A stretch of DNA of 61,518 bases from a virus (Duplodnaviria; Caudoviricetes), in IMG/VR virus record IMGVR_UViG_3300020595_000037, positions 1 to 61,518 of that record. One strand, written 5' to 3'. Both the position numbers and the translations under genes were made by a program. The notes beneath the pieces are model-generated. The model did no database searches, was not told the DNA's origin, and worked only from the letters and a program-made list of their open reading frames with translations. Shown piece after piece: positions 30,501-38,653 of the stretch. Positions within the stretch are counted from its first letter, which is position 1. Each line of letters opens with the position of its first letter.

Positions 30501-32860
30501 CAAAAGGTGAAATTATAGGTTCTTATTCTAAAAAACAACATAACTTAAAACTAAGTAAGGGTTTAAATGATATATTGTTTAGAACAAAAGGTATAGATGC
30601 TAATTTAAAAGTAAGTAGAGTACAAGGTAAAAAAGAAGGTGCAAGTAAAGGACGCTTTATGAATATGTTTTACGGAGCTGAAGATTTTGGTGGTTTGACA
30701 TATTCTATATTAGCTGGTAAAGGTAAAAGTGGTGAAGCAGATCAAGCGTTTTTTAAAGACAATTTAGTAACACCTTACAATAGAGGTGTTGCAAAAACAG
30801 AACAATATAAGATAACTTTAAAAAGAGACTATGCTAATACTTTAAAGCAATCTAAAATAAACGACATCGTTGGTAAATTACCTGGCAAAGGAGATGGTTT
30901 AACTAAAAAAATAGAAAACTCTAGTTTTACATATGATCAAGCTGTAAGATCTTATCTTTGGAATAAAAGTGGTTATGAAATACCCGGTATAAGTAAAGAG
31001 CAAAAAACACAACTAATTGAAACTATAACTAATAATCCAGAGTTACAAGCTTTTGCTGATTCGTTATTAAAAATTACTAAAAACAACAAATGGACAGAGC
31101 CTGGAGCACACTGGGACGTTAGAAATTTAAGTTATGATGTTTTAGTAAATCAGGTTGATAGAGCTCGTAAAGGTTATATAGGTGAGTTTACAAATAATGT
31201 TGATGCTATATTTTCTGAAGCTAATTTAAACAAACTAGAAGCAGCTTACGGGCCAGCATATAGATCTTCTTTAGAAAGTTCTATAAGAAGAATGAAAAGT
31301 GGAAGCAATAGACCTGGTGGAGGTACAGCTACTGAAAATGCTTTCATGAACTGGACAAATAATTCAATTGGTGCTATTATGTTTTTTAACAGAAGATCAG
31401 CAGTTTTACAAACATTATCGTCAGTTAACTTTATAAACTGGGGTGATAATAACCCTTTAAAAGCTGCTCAAGCGTTTGGTAACATAAAACAATGGACTAC
31501 AGATTTTACTACAATATGGAATTCTGATAAGCTTAAAGCTAGAAGAGCTGGTTTAGGTAGTGATTTAAATTCAGCTGAAATAGCTAAAGCTATAAAAGGT
31601 AGTACAAATAAACCTGCTGCTGCTTTATCTTATTTATTAAAACTTGGTTTTACACCAACACAACTTGCTGATAGTTTTGCTATTGCATCAGGTGGCGCTT
31701 CTATGTATAGAAATAGAACAAACACTTATTTAAAAGAAGGATTTGAACTAAAAGAAGCTGAGAAAAAAGCTTGGGAAGATTTTTCAAGAATATCTGAAGA
31801 GACGCAACAGTCAGCAGATGCTTCTCTTATTTCACAACAACAATCAAGTACATTAGGTAGATTAGTTTTAGCATTTCAAAATACACCAATGCAGTATACT
31901 CGTATGATAAGTAAGTCTGCTAGAGATTTAGCTAACAACAGAGGTGATTTTAAAACTAACGTAAGTAAAATAGCTTACTATGGTGTTGTACAGAATATGG
32001 CATTTGCTTCATTACAAAACGCTTTGTTTTCAGAAATAAATGGATTTGACGGTGATGATTCTGATCAACCGTTAACAGAAGAACAACAAGCTAAAAGAAA
32101 TAAAAAAATTACTAGAATAGTAAACAATATGTTTGACTCTGTAGCTAGAGGTTATGGTATATATGGCGCGATTGGCTCTAATGCTAAGAATACTGTAATG
32201 AAATACATGGAAGAAGAAGGTAAAGATGCTTTTCAAAAGGATCACGCAAAAACTTTACTTGAAATTATAAATTTATCTCCTCCTATAGGATCTAAATTAA
32301 GAAAAATATATAACTCTATACAAACTAAAGAATTTAATAAAGATATTATAGCTGAAAGAGGTTTTGATGTAACTTATGATGGTAAAGTAAACCTAAGCCC
32401 TGCTTATAGTGTAACTGGATCTTTAGTTGAAGGTGTAACTAACGTTCCACTTGAAAGAACTATAACAGAAATAAATAGTTTAGTTGAAGCGCTTGATGAG
32501 AAAAATTCTGCATTTCAAAGATTAGCTTTACTTATGGGTTGGAGAACTTGGGATGTAGGAGCTTCAAATGAAGAGATGGATGAATTAAGAGTTGATATTA
32601 AAGATAGAAAAAAAGAAGAAAAAAAGAAAGCTAAAGAAGAGGAAAAAGAAAAACTTAGAAAACAAGAAGAAGAAAGAAAATACTTAGGTAAAACAGAAGA
32701 GCAAATAAAAACTATAAAACAAAGAGACTCTTTAGTTGGAACTAATAAAAACTCTCAAATTGAATCTTTGTTAAAATTAGGTTTAACTAAAAAACAAATT
32801 AGAGAGTTAAAACTTGAAAAAGAAAGAGTTGATAAAATAATTGAATTAACAAACAAATAA
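24530..32860 (+). CDS. Giant multidomain (polyvalent) protein, probable injected virion protein
   Basis: 2776-aa ORF at the end of the virion operon; VVHEVGH zincin motif at 27524-27538; helical C-terminal region. Confidence 0.7.
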   Translation: MANCKELHVIGSQAYKDCLEKNKEKDEEVVEVVEDEVIEDTDPNIERIALNEQVILSNESNAKVFGEDVFTHDLSLIDTKKLFDKIDTQEFKPEINLFGFFNKPFDETVGYNSLEKMDENDMNLPTFPLSLDMTPRQQAFVDRVASQDVRDIVLSNMANDKISKSLLDCRDGIQRCFDKIYDNIDNQGLRYLKGDQKRIAELNLELQKAVKSGDQDLVREVKKDLIKVRGKQNNNKSQIFDPEEGGKFKSVKYVDGELDPGDLSDTAIEIEENALTLIQKNRVENNGDVGVLQTQQTKLYYELISLSDIIVKNYDKVSKGKDKGVTQEAVEKWSNFFNGKNSLEAIKKMSETGILPKDLRLDYFSEGNGTILGDAFNEKIKEFLVSSRALLLNENPIDEEENVVLEGFNRKFKDFTGYNILNQNDDKVVFQTYNKLLGDVGVGFVDQIKQDQRLYTSIAELSYNTTLDLVPLITAMYGQNKIKGFKNIVNSVGKVGNYINKSFNPNNSKTISTVINTVFGLDGKGSSGIKEMIKLGSADTILETLVGQEPMPAEFGFILGSTNSLMEQKMVQGSLLRLANKIPAVKYIYGSQSGRKLVNTLIGAGGGTGAMTFTEAAQYALKEGIWGESEYNSFAEVFMSPNAMGENPTEPKLGKLLSLYVSFAAIGLGQSSTAKAIYADLKKIDRNSGNKQRIKTINDLSKGSVIEVDGKKAFSDIQIKDLNSEKNIQSATEKAIGNIKKDKNLTDVEKIKKIQEITEASEYLMVSREYGLVMDSFAKSETYSRTIEKESGKVIQKLTQGGNGLFSLEAKDIDFISGTDPIMLAKSLMKQNPNLSPRKAKYTAIDMQQKALFISNTATNFVGNQRTGEGGKLRNEIINVLKESQKIGEEIITLSKPENRKKNGIAGDLKIEKAKAKLEELKIKLQEQENNASDLAEARAIEKAAFFGDANVKVNILTGKDYKDKGYEPSEGVFIQKSGEIDININKIRETKSQNIVVHEVGHKIVLNQLKDLNGNLTSSGERILTQFKELIPQQQRKIVESALKRNYKNDSKSKQLEEFFTIFSEKFADGEIILPGETRKIEGINNASDLLNLVRRVQGELGLIYDGKTDKFSANLLEAIELGAKNAKVEGAQYKKIEFDPKTKLSLQINPLVTTETVVDFQKRDYFNISENIRNGSFDLLMPEGLNSKQREIIRERLSERLINYDPSKSALNTWLINNIEFSRKDANKRLYEESKGPDYLEENYKEAASVLDGQNTFEISGEAPALQRSTIKKILNLQPTEIDNVKRSIAKIVFGKESVQGLENLTRKDIQSIRQEFLKSETGDGTKIRKIVLNKINELGKNGLSTTSGVELVHSGISLSRMSNSLKGGGKGYDIFLEPVLKENGEQARYSVEEANKLGIALDKSGSGPLKYKKRPLSDFIKDGVPTQEYLNWIQGKDIASGARGRKNSLVNEITGELGMEAMLSTMVDQKIVIPPVLDVNGKVIEPARTEDLFPNATPEQKIKMATDAIVNFVGDKVSRVYKNTQNLLYSKKDFTKFNADIQGITGKDGLIDMTKFAEIFNKQGKDFQKLFNESLPGNDFVAYINSLNVKKIEEMLPLLETELKKGSPEYYAEVANVLKEQTNFKRYLNKIGVEYTPEKDLVKPEFNADGTKNSQNIVRTKGWMKSFIKQFGPWGELTKTQQNYILGTVGFGKNLRKELGLVKGDRTREQMLIDAFGKDVLTGERTVELPDVYQVAYNQTTKTKFEELIKDKDKYTPKELRDKMVKLLIPKGKGVEYFETMVANNTKAVNSTLEGFLNMYEKSSNKTRTFEDITNMLKLQTNHNSGIKGLFPITSILLEAKGSVNKKGEITNKKLHFEHNKELFNFSKSFLEILKSDRTLEAKKELIEKLSKDATQSIISEQMRFEKDADGRTVSGSLDADMATYGYREGAAGNAIDLLNPYGGTVAQKIQNKLKTKIVNNLIKLDTKGNKNIIMPKPENGLIFERNSKGEIIGSYSKKQHNLKLSKGLNDILFRTKGIDANLKVSRVQGKKEGASKGRFMNMFYGAEDFGGLTYSILAGKGKSGEADQAFFKDNLVTPYNRGVAKTEQYKITLKRDYANTLKQSKINDIVGKLPGKGDGLTKKIENSSFTYDQAVRSYLWNKSGYEIPGISKEQKTQLIETITNNPELQAFADSLLKITKNNKWTEPGAHWDVRNLSYDVLVNQVDRARKGYIGEFTNNVDAIFSEANLNKLEAAYGPAYRSSLESSIRRMKSGSNRPGGGTATENAFMNWTNNSIGAIMFFNRRSAVLQTLSSVNFINWGDNNPLKAAQAFGNIKQWTTDFTTIWNSDKLKARRAGLGSDLNSAEIAKAIKGSTNKPAAALSYLLKLGFTPTQLADSFAIASGGASMYRNRTNTYLKEGFELKEAEKKAWEDFSRISEETQQSADASLISQQQSSTLGRLVLAFQNTPMQYTRMISKSARDLANNRGDFKTNVSKIAYYGVVQNMAFASLQNALFSEINGFDGDDSDQPLTEEQQAKRNKKITRIVNNMFDSVARGYGIYGAIGSNAKNTVMKYMEEEGKDAFQKDHAKTLLEIINLSPPIGSKLRKIYNSIQTKEFNKDIIAERGFDVTYDGKVNLSPAYSVTGSLVEGVTNVPLERTITEINSLVEALDEKNSAFQRLALLMGWRTWDVGASNEEMDELRVDIKDRKKEEKKKAKEEEKEKLRKQEEERKYLGKTEEQIKTIKQRDSLVGTNKNSQIESLLKLGLTKKQIRELKLEKERVDKIIELTNK

Positions 32861-32862
32861 TT

Positions 32863-33084
32863 ATGGCATTTAAAATGAAAAGCTCACCTTTTAATCAAGG
32901 TAAAAAATCGAGATTTGGTGGAACACCTGATTCTACAGATGAGCAAAAAAGAAGAGAAGAAGCTACAGATCAGTTATTTAATGAAGGCAAAATTACAGAA
33001 ACAAATAATAAAGCTTATAGAAAAATAAATAAAAGAGTTAGAAAAAACAAAAGAAAAGAAATTAGATCAATTAAAAAATCATGA
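32863..33084 (+). CDS. Small basic protein with MAFKMKSSPFNQG N-terminus
   Basis: 73-aa ORF, operon packing. Confidence 0.65.
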   Translation: MAFKMKSSPFNQGKKSRFGGTPDSTDEQKRREEATDQLFNEGKITETNNKAYRKINKRVRKNKRKEIRSIKKS

Positions 33085-33470
33085 AATTATGGAAAATTGT
33101 CCTTATTGCGGTAGTTGCTTCTGTCATTAGTTGCGGAACCTACAACACCAAACCTAAAATACAAATTACGCATGTTTTAGCAGTCACAGAACAAGGTGAT
33201 ACGTTAAGATTACCTATTAATATGATTAAACCAAACGTTTACTACAACGTTATATCATATCCTAATAGATATTATGGTGGTTGGTATAATAATTATTATC
33301 GACCAAGCTACTATAACAATAGACCTATATATGCCCCTGGAAACGGATCAAGTAGATCATCAAATAATAATAATAATAACAATAATAATAACAATAGTAA
33401 GGGTAAAGCTGAATCTAAAGATATATCAAGACTGGATGTCAACAACTCTAAACTGAAAATAAAAAATTAA
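33081..33470 (+). CDS. Putative lipoprotein
   Basis: Signal peptide ending VVASVIS-C; Tyr-rich segment and poly-Asn. Confidence 0.65.
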   Translation: MKLWKIVLIAVVASVISCGTYNTKPKIQITHVLAVTEQGDTLRLPINMIKPNVYYNVISYPNRYYGGWYNNYYRPSYYNNRPIYAPGNGSSRSSNNNNNNNNNNNSKGKAESKDISRLDVNNSKLKIKN

Positions 33471-33755
33471 ATGGCTCAAAAAATTTCAGAAAACACAGAA
33501 GTACAATTAGATTTAAAAACAATTGGGATGCTAGTTGCAGGTGCAGTTAGTTTAGCTGCTATGTACTTTACTTTGCAAAAAGATATTGATCTTGCAAAAG
33601 AACTACCTAAACCAGAGGTAAGTAGAACAGAATATGATCTTAAAGATGAGCTAGTAAGATCCACTATCATGGACATTGATGAAAAAGTTCAAGACAATAG
33701 TGAAAAGCTAGATAAGATAGATGATAAACTGTTCACAATTATAAACAATAAATAA
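33471..33755 (+). CDS. Single-TM coiled-coil membrane protein (spanin- or holin-like)
   Basis: TIGMLVAGAVSLAAMYF TM helix followed by coiled coil. Confidence 0.55.
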   Translation: MAQKISENTEVQLDLKTIGMLVAGAVSLAAMYFTLQKDIDLAKELPKPEVSRTEYDLKDELVRSTIMDIDEKVQDNSEKLDKIDDKLFTIINNK

Positions 33756-33756
33756 A

Positions 33757-34110
33757 ATGAAAAAGCTTTTAATTATATTTACTTTACTATGTGGTTACTT
33801 TTCAAACGCACAACTAAAAGTTTTACATATTAATTCTTCTTGGAACACAAGACATAATTTAGATTTGCAAGGGATACAAAATGCTCAAGTTCAATATACA
33901 TTTTTAGAAGACTTAGCACCATCTTTAAAGCAACAAATTAAATCAGTTCCTACTATTTTAATAATAGGTGAAGATAATAAAACAAAAATGATTTGGAGTG
34001 GTGGAATCGCATTAAAATTAAAGATAACAAAAGATGATGTTCAGTCTGTAATTGATAAAATTATAGCCCGTGACTCTGCGATACCCGTAAGAAGAAGATC
34101 AACAAATTAA
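33757..34110 (+). CDS. Exported thioredoxin-fold-like protein lacking CxxC
   Basis: Signal peptide ending SNA-Q; VLHINSSWN and IKSVPTILI match the Trx strand-1 and cis-Pro motifs. Confidence 0.55.
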   Translation: MKKLLIIFTLLCGYFSNAQLKVLHINSSWNTRHNLDLQGIQNAQVQYTFLEDLAPSLKQQIKSVPTILIIGEDNKTKMIWSGGIALKLKITKDDVQSVIDKIIARDSAIPVRRRSTN

Positions 34111-34191
34111 GACATTTGTAAAAGTGATTTTAAGGGTGTAAATAACAGGGAATCAAGTGATTATAATAATGTAACACATTAATTATTATCA

Positions 34192-34521
34192 ATGAACTTA
34201 ATTTTATCTTTCTTGTTATTTTTCAATATGTCTAATGATATTGAAACTGAACTCTTAAATGCTATTAATGATGGAAATTACAACAAAGTAAATACCATAT
34301 TAGTAGTAAATCAAATTGCTGCATGGGAAAAAATAGATGGTAAGCCACTATTAATACATGCGGTTATAGCAGATCAACCTAATATTGTTTATTTGCTATG
34401 TATAAGAGGCGCTCAAATGTATACAAACTTTTGTGATGAAGGTTTTAATGCTTTTGATTGGGCAAAAAAAAGTGGTAGTATCTACGCTCACGCAGAGCTA
34501 ATAGTTATTTCCAAACAGTAA
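34192..34521 (+). CDS. Ankyrin-repeat protein
   Basis: LLNAINDGNYNKV, GKPLLIHAVIADQPNIVYLLCIRGA, EGFNAFDWAKKSG. Confidence 0.7.
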   Translation: MNLILSFLLFFNMSNDIETELLNAINDGNYNKVNTILVVNQIAAWEKIDGKPLLIHAVIADQPNIVYLLCIRGAQMYTNFCDEGFNAFDWAKKSGSIYAHAELIVISKQ

Positions 34522-34568
34522 GGAATAATAAAATGGGCACCATACCCAAACATTCCTGTAACAAGAAA

Positions 34569-34597
34569 GGGAGCTATGAAAATAGCCCCCTTTTTTT
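34569..34597 (+). terminator. Intrinsic terminator at the convergence of the two gene blocks
   Basis: GGGAGCTAT-GAAA-ATAGCCCCC followed by T7. Confidence 0.75.
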
Positions 34598-34659
34598 ATA
34601 TAATCAACTCCCACCAACCACTCATTTCCTCCGTTGGTGATCAATCCAACGAACGTTGA

Positions 34660-36384
34660 TTATCCGTCACAACTAAGACAGCCTTCATCCATTGCTTGTT
34701 CAGCAATATCTCCACGTAACACTGACTCAGTTCTAGTGTAATATAAGGTTTTAATACCTTTCTTCCAAGCTTCAAAATGTACTTTATTAATCCACTTAGG
34801 TGTAGCAACACTAGGAAAAGCTAAGTTTAAACTTACGCTTTGATCTATATACTGTTGCCTTATACCTGCTTGATTAATTAATTCTAATTGATTAATCTCT
34901 TTAAATGTTTTAAATACATCTTTAACTGGTATATCATTATATGGTCCAGTCATTACGTCTTTCAACTCTTTTAAACCTTGTACTGATCCTCCGTCTTTTA
35001 AGATTTTAGACCAAGTAGTTTCATTATTGATTTTAAGCTTGCGAAGGAGCTTAACCAATGTGGGGTTTTTACGAATGAAAGTACCTTTAGCACTTTGCTC
35101 AGTAAATACATTAGCAGCCCAAGGCTCGATGCCAGGAGATACATTACCACTAAGCTTACTGTTACTAACGGTAGGAGCAATAGCCCTAAGGTGAGTATTG
35201 CGCATGCCAGTACCGACACACCACAAAGGTTCCCCAAACTCTTCAGCAAGGGCCATAGAGGCTCGTTCAGACTCAATTTTAATTTGTGAAAATATTTTTC
35301 TAGTTTCATATTGTGCTAATAATCCTTCAAATGGTAGGCCCTTTTCTTGTAAGTACGTGTGCCAACCTAAAACGCCTAATCCTAAAGCTCTACCTTTTTC
35401 AGCAGATCTTACAGAATTATGAAACCCAACTTTACCTTTGGATCTCTGTATAAACTCTTCTAATACACCATCTAAAAACCATATAGAATCATGTATTAAA
35501 TTAGTTCCTTTCCATTCATCGTATCTAGCTAAGTTTAAACTAGATAAACAACAAACAAAACTATGTGACTCATCTGTATGTAATGTTATTTCACTACATA
35601 TATTAGTCATATGTACTTTTAACCCGTGCTTTTTGTAAGCTGTTGGGTTATTCTTGTTTGTATTTCCCTTAAATAAGATATAAGGTTCTCCAGTTGCTTT
35701 ACGCTTTTGTAATAGCTTTCCCCATTTCTTTCTAGCTTTAGTATCTCCGCTTTCAACTCTTCGCATGAACTTGTCGCCGACCACAGCACACTGGTGGAGG
35801 TTGAGCGATTGACGATTAACGTCTCCTTTAGGTTCTCTAATTTCAAGCCATTCTTCAAAGTCGGGATGTTCAATATTAAGGTTAACTGATGCAGCTCCTC
35901 GTCGGACAGACCCTTGATTAGTGGCCAATATTGTTGAATCGTATATTTTACAAAAAGGCACAACTCCGTCACTTGTTCCATTTCCTTTAATTTTTGCACT
36001 AGCGGGTCTGATTTGATTAATCCCGATTCCTACCCCACCGCCGTGCTTTGCGAGTAGCATCATCTCTAAATTTTTACTTCCAATATCATATATACTGTCA
36101 GCAACATCTATACCAAAACAACTGATTGGTAAACCTCTGTCTGTACCTGTATTAGATAACACAGGAGAGGCTAAACACAACCAACCATTCCATATATATT
36201 CAAAAAACTTTTCAGCCATCTCAGGACGTTCTAAACGTCTTGCAACTGTATTACAAACTCTATTGTAAGCATCTCTAGGTGTTTCACCTTTTAAAAGATA
36301 ACCGCCACCTATTGTTTTTTTGTAAACATCTGTATCACCCCACGAAGGGTAATCCTCTCCTTTTTTCCAGTCTTTATTCCACAT
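34660..36384 (-). CDS. nrdA: Ribonucleotide reductase class Ia alpha subunit (no ATP cone)
   Basis: ASPVLSN, PISCF, GGGVG, RRGA, TNICSEI, APTVSNS, KTLYY, C-terminal CLSCDG; start placed at MWNKDW. Confidence 0.95.
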   Translation of the reverse strand: MWNKDWKKGEDYPSWGDTDVYKKTIGGGYLLKGETPRDAYNRVCNTVARRLERPEMAEKFFEYIWNGWLCLASPVLSNTGTDRGLPISCFGIDVADSIYDIGSKNLEMMLLAKHGGGVGIGINQIRPASAKIKGNGTSDGVVPFCKIYDSTILATNQGSVRRGAASVNLNIEHPDFEEWLEIREPKGDVNRQSLNLHQCAVVGDKFMRRVESGDTKARKKWGKLLQKRKATGEPYILFKGNTNKNNPTAYKKHGLKVHMTNICSEITLHTDESHSFVCCLSSLNLARYDEWKGTNLIHDSIWFLDGVLEEFIQRSKGKVGFHNSVRSAEKGRALGLGVLGWHTYLQEKGLPFEGLLAQYETRKIFSQIKIESERASMALAEEFGEPLWCVGTGMRNTHLRAIAPTVSNSKLSGNVSPGIEPWAANVFTEQSAKGTFIRKNPTLVKLLRKLKINNETTWSKILKDGGSVQGLKELKDVMTGPYNDIPVKDVFKTFKEINQLELINQAGIRQQYIDQSVSLNLAFPSVATPKWINKVHFEAWKKGIKTLYYTRTESVLRGDIAEQAMDEGCLSCDG

Positions 36385-36601
36385 CTGTTTCAAATTTCTT
36401 TTCTTGTTCTTTAGGTTTTTGTATCTCTTGTAGTTTATCAACTAACTCTTTCCACGTGTCTTCACCAATATGTAATTGAAAAGATGTTAATGTACCTTTA
36501 GCCATTGAATCTACTTGTTGAAGCTTTTGTATTAAACCATTAACTACATTAGTTAACTGCTCAATTTTTTTCTTCATTAATATTAATTCGTTTTCTTTCA
36601 T
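36374..36601 (-). CDS. Small coiled-coil protein between nrdB and nrdA
   Basis: MKENELILMKKK...; fills the intergenic gap. Confidence 0.6.
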   Translation of the reverse strand: MKENELILMKKKIEQLTNVVNGLIQKLQQVDSMAKGTLTSFQLHIGEDTWKELVDKLQEIQKPKEQEKKFETDVE

Positions 36602-36618
36602 ATCATTTAATTTTATTA

Positions 36619-37608
36619 TTACCAAACATCTTCAAAATCTTCGCCTTCATTTGCTTTACTATAGTCAGTCGGCCTAATAGCGAAAAAATCAGTGTGAGTG
36701 TGACCCCCAGTAAGATGGTCGAACCAAGCCATTTTGTCAATTGACTTTTGGTCATATTCAAACTTAAATTTTCCTTCTGCTTTATAGCCCAGTTCTTTAA
36801 TTTTATCACCTGTACGTTTTTTAATAAAATGTTTAAGGTCATATTCAGTTATACCTTCAATATCACCCATTTCAAATAACTTACTTATGTAAGTCATTTC
36901 TGCATTATGCATGGTTAACGCTGCATCATATATATGCTCTTTACATTCTTCTTTTAAACCAGGTATTTGAGAACACATATGTCTAAATAATTGACAACCC
37001 ATTTTGCTATGTAATGATTCATCTCTTACAGACCATTTCATTTGTTGGCCAATACCTTTTAATAAGTTACGCATTTGAAAACTATATAACACAGCAAAAG
37101 CTGAATATAAACTAACACCTTCTGCAAACGCAGAAAACGTAGCTAATGATTTACCTATTCCTACAGGATCACTACCTTCATAAGCAACAAGATTATCAAA
37201 TCTTTCAGCAGTTGCAGGCTCGTGTAAGAAAGCTTCATAGTCTTCAAGACCTAACGTTTCATTTAAATAACTGTATGCTACAGCGTGTATAGTTTCTTGA
37301 CTTCCAAACATCATAGCCATTTGCTGTATTTCATGTTTAGGAAACCAACCAACAACTTTTTGTGTCCAGTAATCTGACACAGCACATTCTGTTTGAGCAA
37401 AACCTAGTAAGATATTACCTACTAAGTTTTTTTCTTTATCATCTAGCTTTTCGTTCCAGTCTTTTAAATCACCTGACATAGGTATTTCAGTGTGTAACCA
37501 AAATGCTTGTGCTTGTTTTAACCAACCTTCTGTATAATACTCAGGGTACTCAAAAGGTTTATACGGTATTCTTTCTGTAAATAGTGGTACATTCATATTA
37601 TTCTTCAT
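36619..37608 (-). CDS. nrdB: Ribonucleotide reductase class Ia beta subunit
   Basis: ETIHAVAY, EGVSLYSAF, RDESLH di-metal ligands, DFFAIRPTDY. Confidence 0.95.
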   Translation of the reverse strand: MKNNMNVPLFTERIPYKPFEYPEYYTEGWLKQAQAFWLHTEIPMSGDLKDWNEKLDDKEKNLVGNILLGFAQTECAVSDYWTQKVVGWFPKHEIQQMAMMFGSQETIHAVAYSYLNETLGLEDYEAFLHEPATAERFDNLVAYEGSDPVGIGKSLATFSAFAEGVSLYSAFAVLYSFQMRNLLKGIGQQMKWSVRDESLHSKMGCQLFRHMCSQIPGLKEECKEHIYDAALTMHNAEMTYISKLFEMGDIEGITEYDLKHFIKKRTGDKIKELGYKAEGKFKFEYDQKSIDKMAWFDHLTGGHTHTDFFAIRPTDYSKANEGEDFEDVW

Positions 37609-37750
37609 AGTATAAGGTTAAACATATATCAAATATTCCTAAATATAAAACGTGATCTACTTGAAAATCACCGTCTTCATAACTTCTCATTCCAAAGAGT
37701 AATCCTGGAAACATTCCAGCTGATAACTCCCATTGTTTTGATTTACCCAT
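37598..37750 (-). CDS. 50-aa hypothetical protein
   Basis: MGKSKQWELSAGMFPGLLFGMRSY...; short overlaps with neighbours. Confidence 0.55.
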   Translation of the reverse strand: MGKSKQWELSAGMFPGLLFGMRSYEDGDFQVDHVLYLGIFDICLTLYYEE

Positions 37751-37907
37751 AGCATTTTATATTATATTTATTATGGATCTCTATTAGATCCTTCCATTTT
37801 AGATAACCTCTTTTATTAACTGTCCATTTAATATAAGTATCGATCTTACGTTCCTTATATTTAGTTCTAGCTATATGTTTAGAGGCTAGTTTGTTTTTTC
37901 TTTGCAT
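37743..37907 (-). CDS. 54-aa basic hypothetical protein
   Basis: MQRKNKLASKHIARTKYKERKID...; fills the gap. Confidence 0.5.
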   Translation of the reverse strand: MQRKNKLASKHIARTKYKERKIDTYIKWTVNKRGYLKWKDLIEIHNKYNIKCYG

Positions 37908-38367
37908 TTGTTCTAAGGTTTTTCCTCATAGTCTCTATATGTGTAATTGTTTCATCACAGTCTTTTTGATTCTGAGGTTTAAATAACGCAATGCCAGGTG
38001 AATGAAGAGAGATCCATGCTTTAAATAATTTCCATCTAAGTGGAAACGATTCGTTAGCTCTACCTTTACATTCAATTACAAAATCTCTACCTACAAAATC
38101 TGGTTTGTATTTTATAGGTAAAATCTTTTTGCAACCTCTATCTTTATATTCACCTTTGCCATTAGCTTGTTTTTCAAAGCATACACCTTCTAAATCAAAA
38201 CCGTTAAGCAGAGTATAGCTTGTGGGCTCATACTCAGCTACGATTCTAGCTTCTTTCAAAGCTTTATACATGTATACCTCTAATCCAGATGCAAATTTAA
38301 TACCATCATACATGGTTTTCTTTGCTCTAACAGGACCGCGTTTTTTTCGATTATAAGATTTCTTCAT
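37879..38367 (-). CDS. T7 endonuclease I-like Holliday junction resolvase
   Basis: FASGLE, YKPDF, IECKG PD-(D/E)xK motifs. Confidence 0.8.
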   Translation of the reverse strand: MKKSYNRKKRGPVRAKKTMYDGIKFASGLEVYMYKALKEARIVAEYEPTSYTLLNGFDLEGVCFEKQANGKGEYKDRGCKKILPIKYKPDFVGRDFVIECKGRANESFPLRWKLFKAWISLHSPGIALFKPQNQKDCDETITHIETMRKNLRTNAKKKQTSL

Positions 38368-38653
38368 TTTTTACGTCTATATTGTAAGAAGACTCAAAGC
38401 TATAATTATCATTTATTTTTTTAAGCATTGATTCTTCTATTTCATCTTGCAAGCAACGTTTAGCTGCTTCAATATACAATAACGCATCCATTAATTCTTC
38501 TTGTACGTCAATTAAGAAACGATTAAGATCTTTTTCTTGACCTTCAATCTCTTGCATCATTGTAGCGCCGTATTTTTTCTGGCCTATAAGGCTTCGTTCG
38601 TCCATCTTTTTTAAGACTTGTTGAACTATTTTATCTTGTGTTTTAATCTTCAT
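38351..38653 (-). CDS. Small all-alpha NTP-pyrophosphatase-like protein
   Basis: R...G.KKYG and QEELMDALLY (EExxD) motifs. Confidence 0.5.
   Translation of the reverse strand: MKIKTQDKIVQQVLKKMDERSLIGQKKYGATMMQEIEGQEKDLNRFLIDVQEELMDALLYIEAAKRCLQDEIEESMLKKINDNYSFESSYNIDVKNEEIL

Noticed and set aside
32036-32065. NGFDGDD in the giant protein as an RNA polymerase DxDGD catalytic motif
   Set aside because: Lacks the first Asp and sits in an acidic linker of the helical C-terminal region
33363-33394. AAT/AAC microsatellite as a phase-variation tract
   Set aside because: Trinucleotide, in frame, encodes a poly-Asn linker; slippage would not shift the frame
36385-36441. N-terminal extensions given by the ORF track for nrdA (and similarly 4368, 40159, 47709, 51818)
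   Set aside because: They overlap upstream genes or RNA/promoter elements; downstream ATGs fit operon packing better
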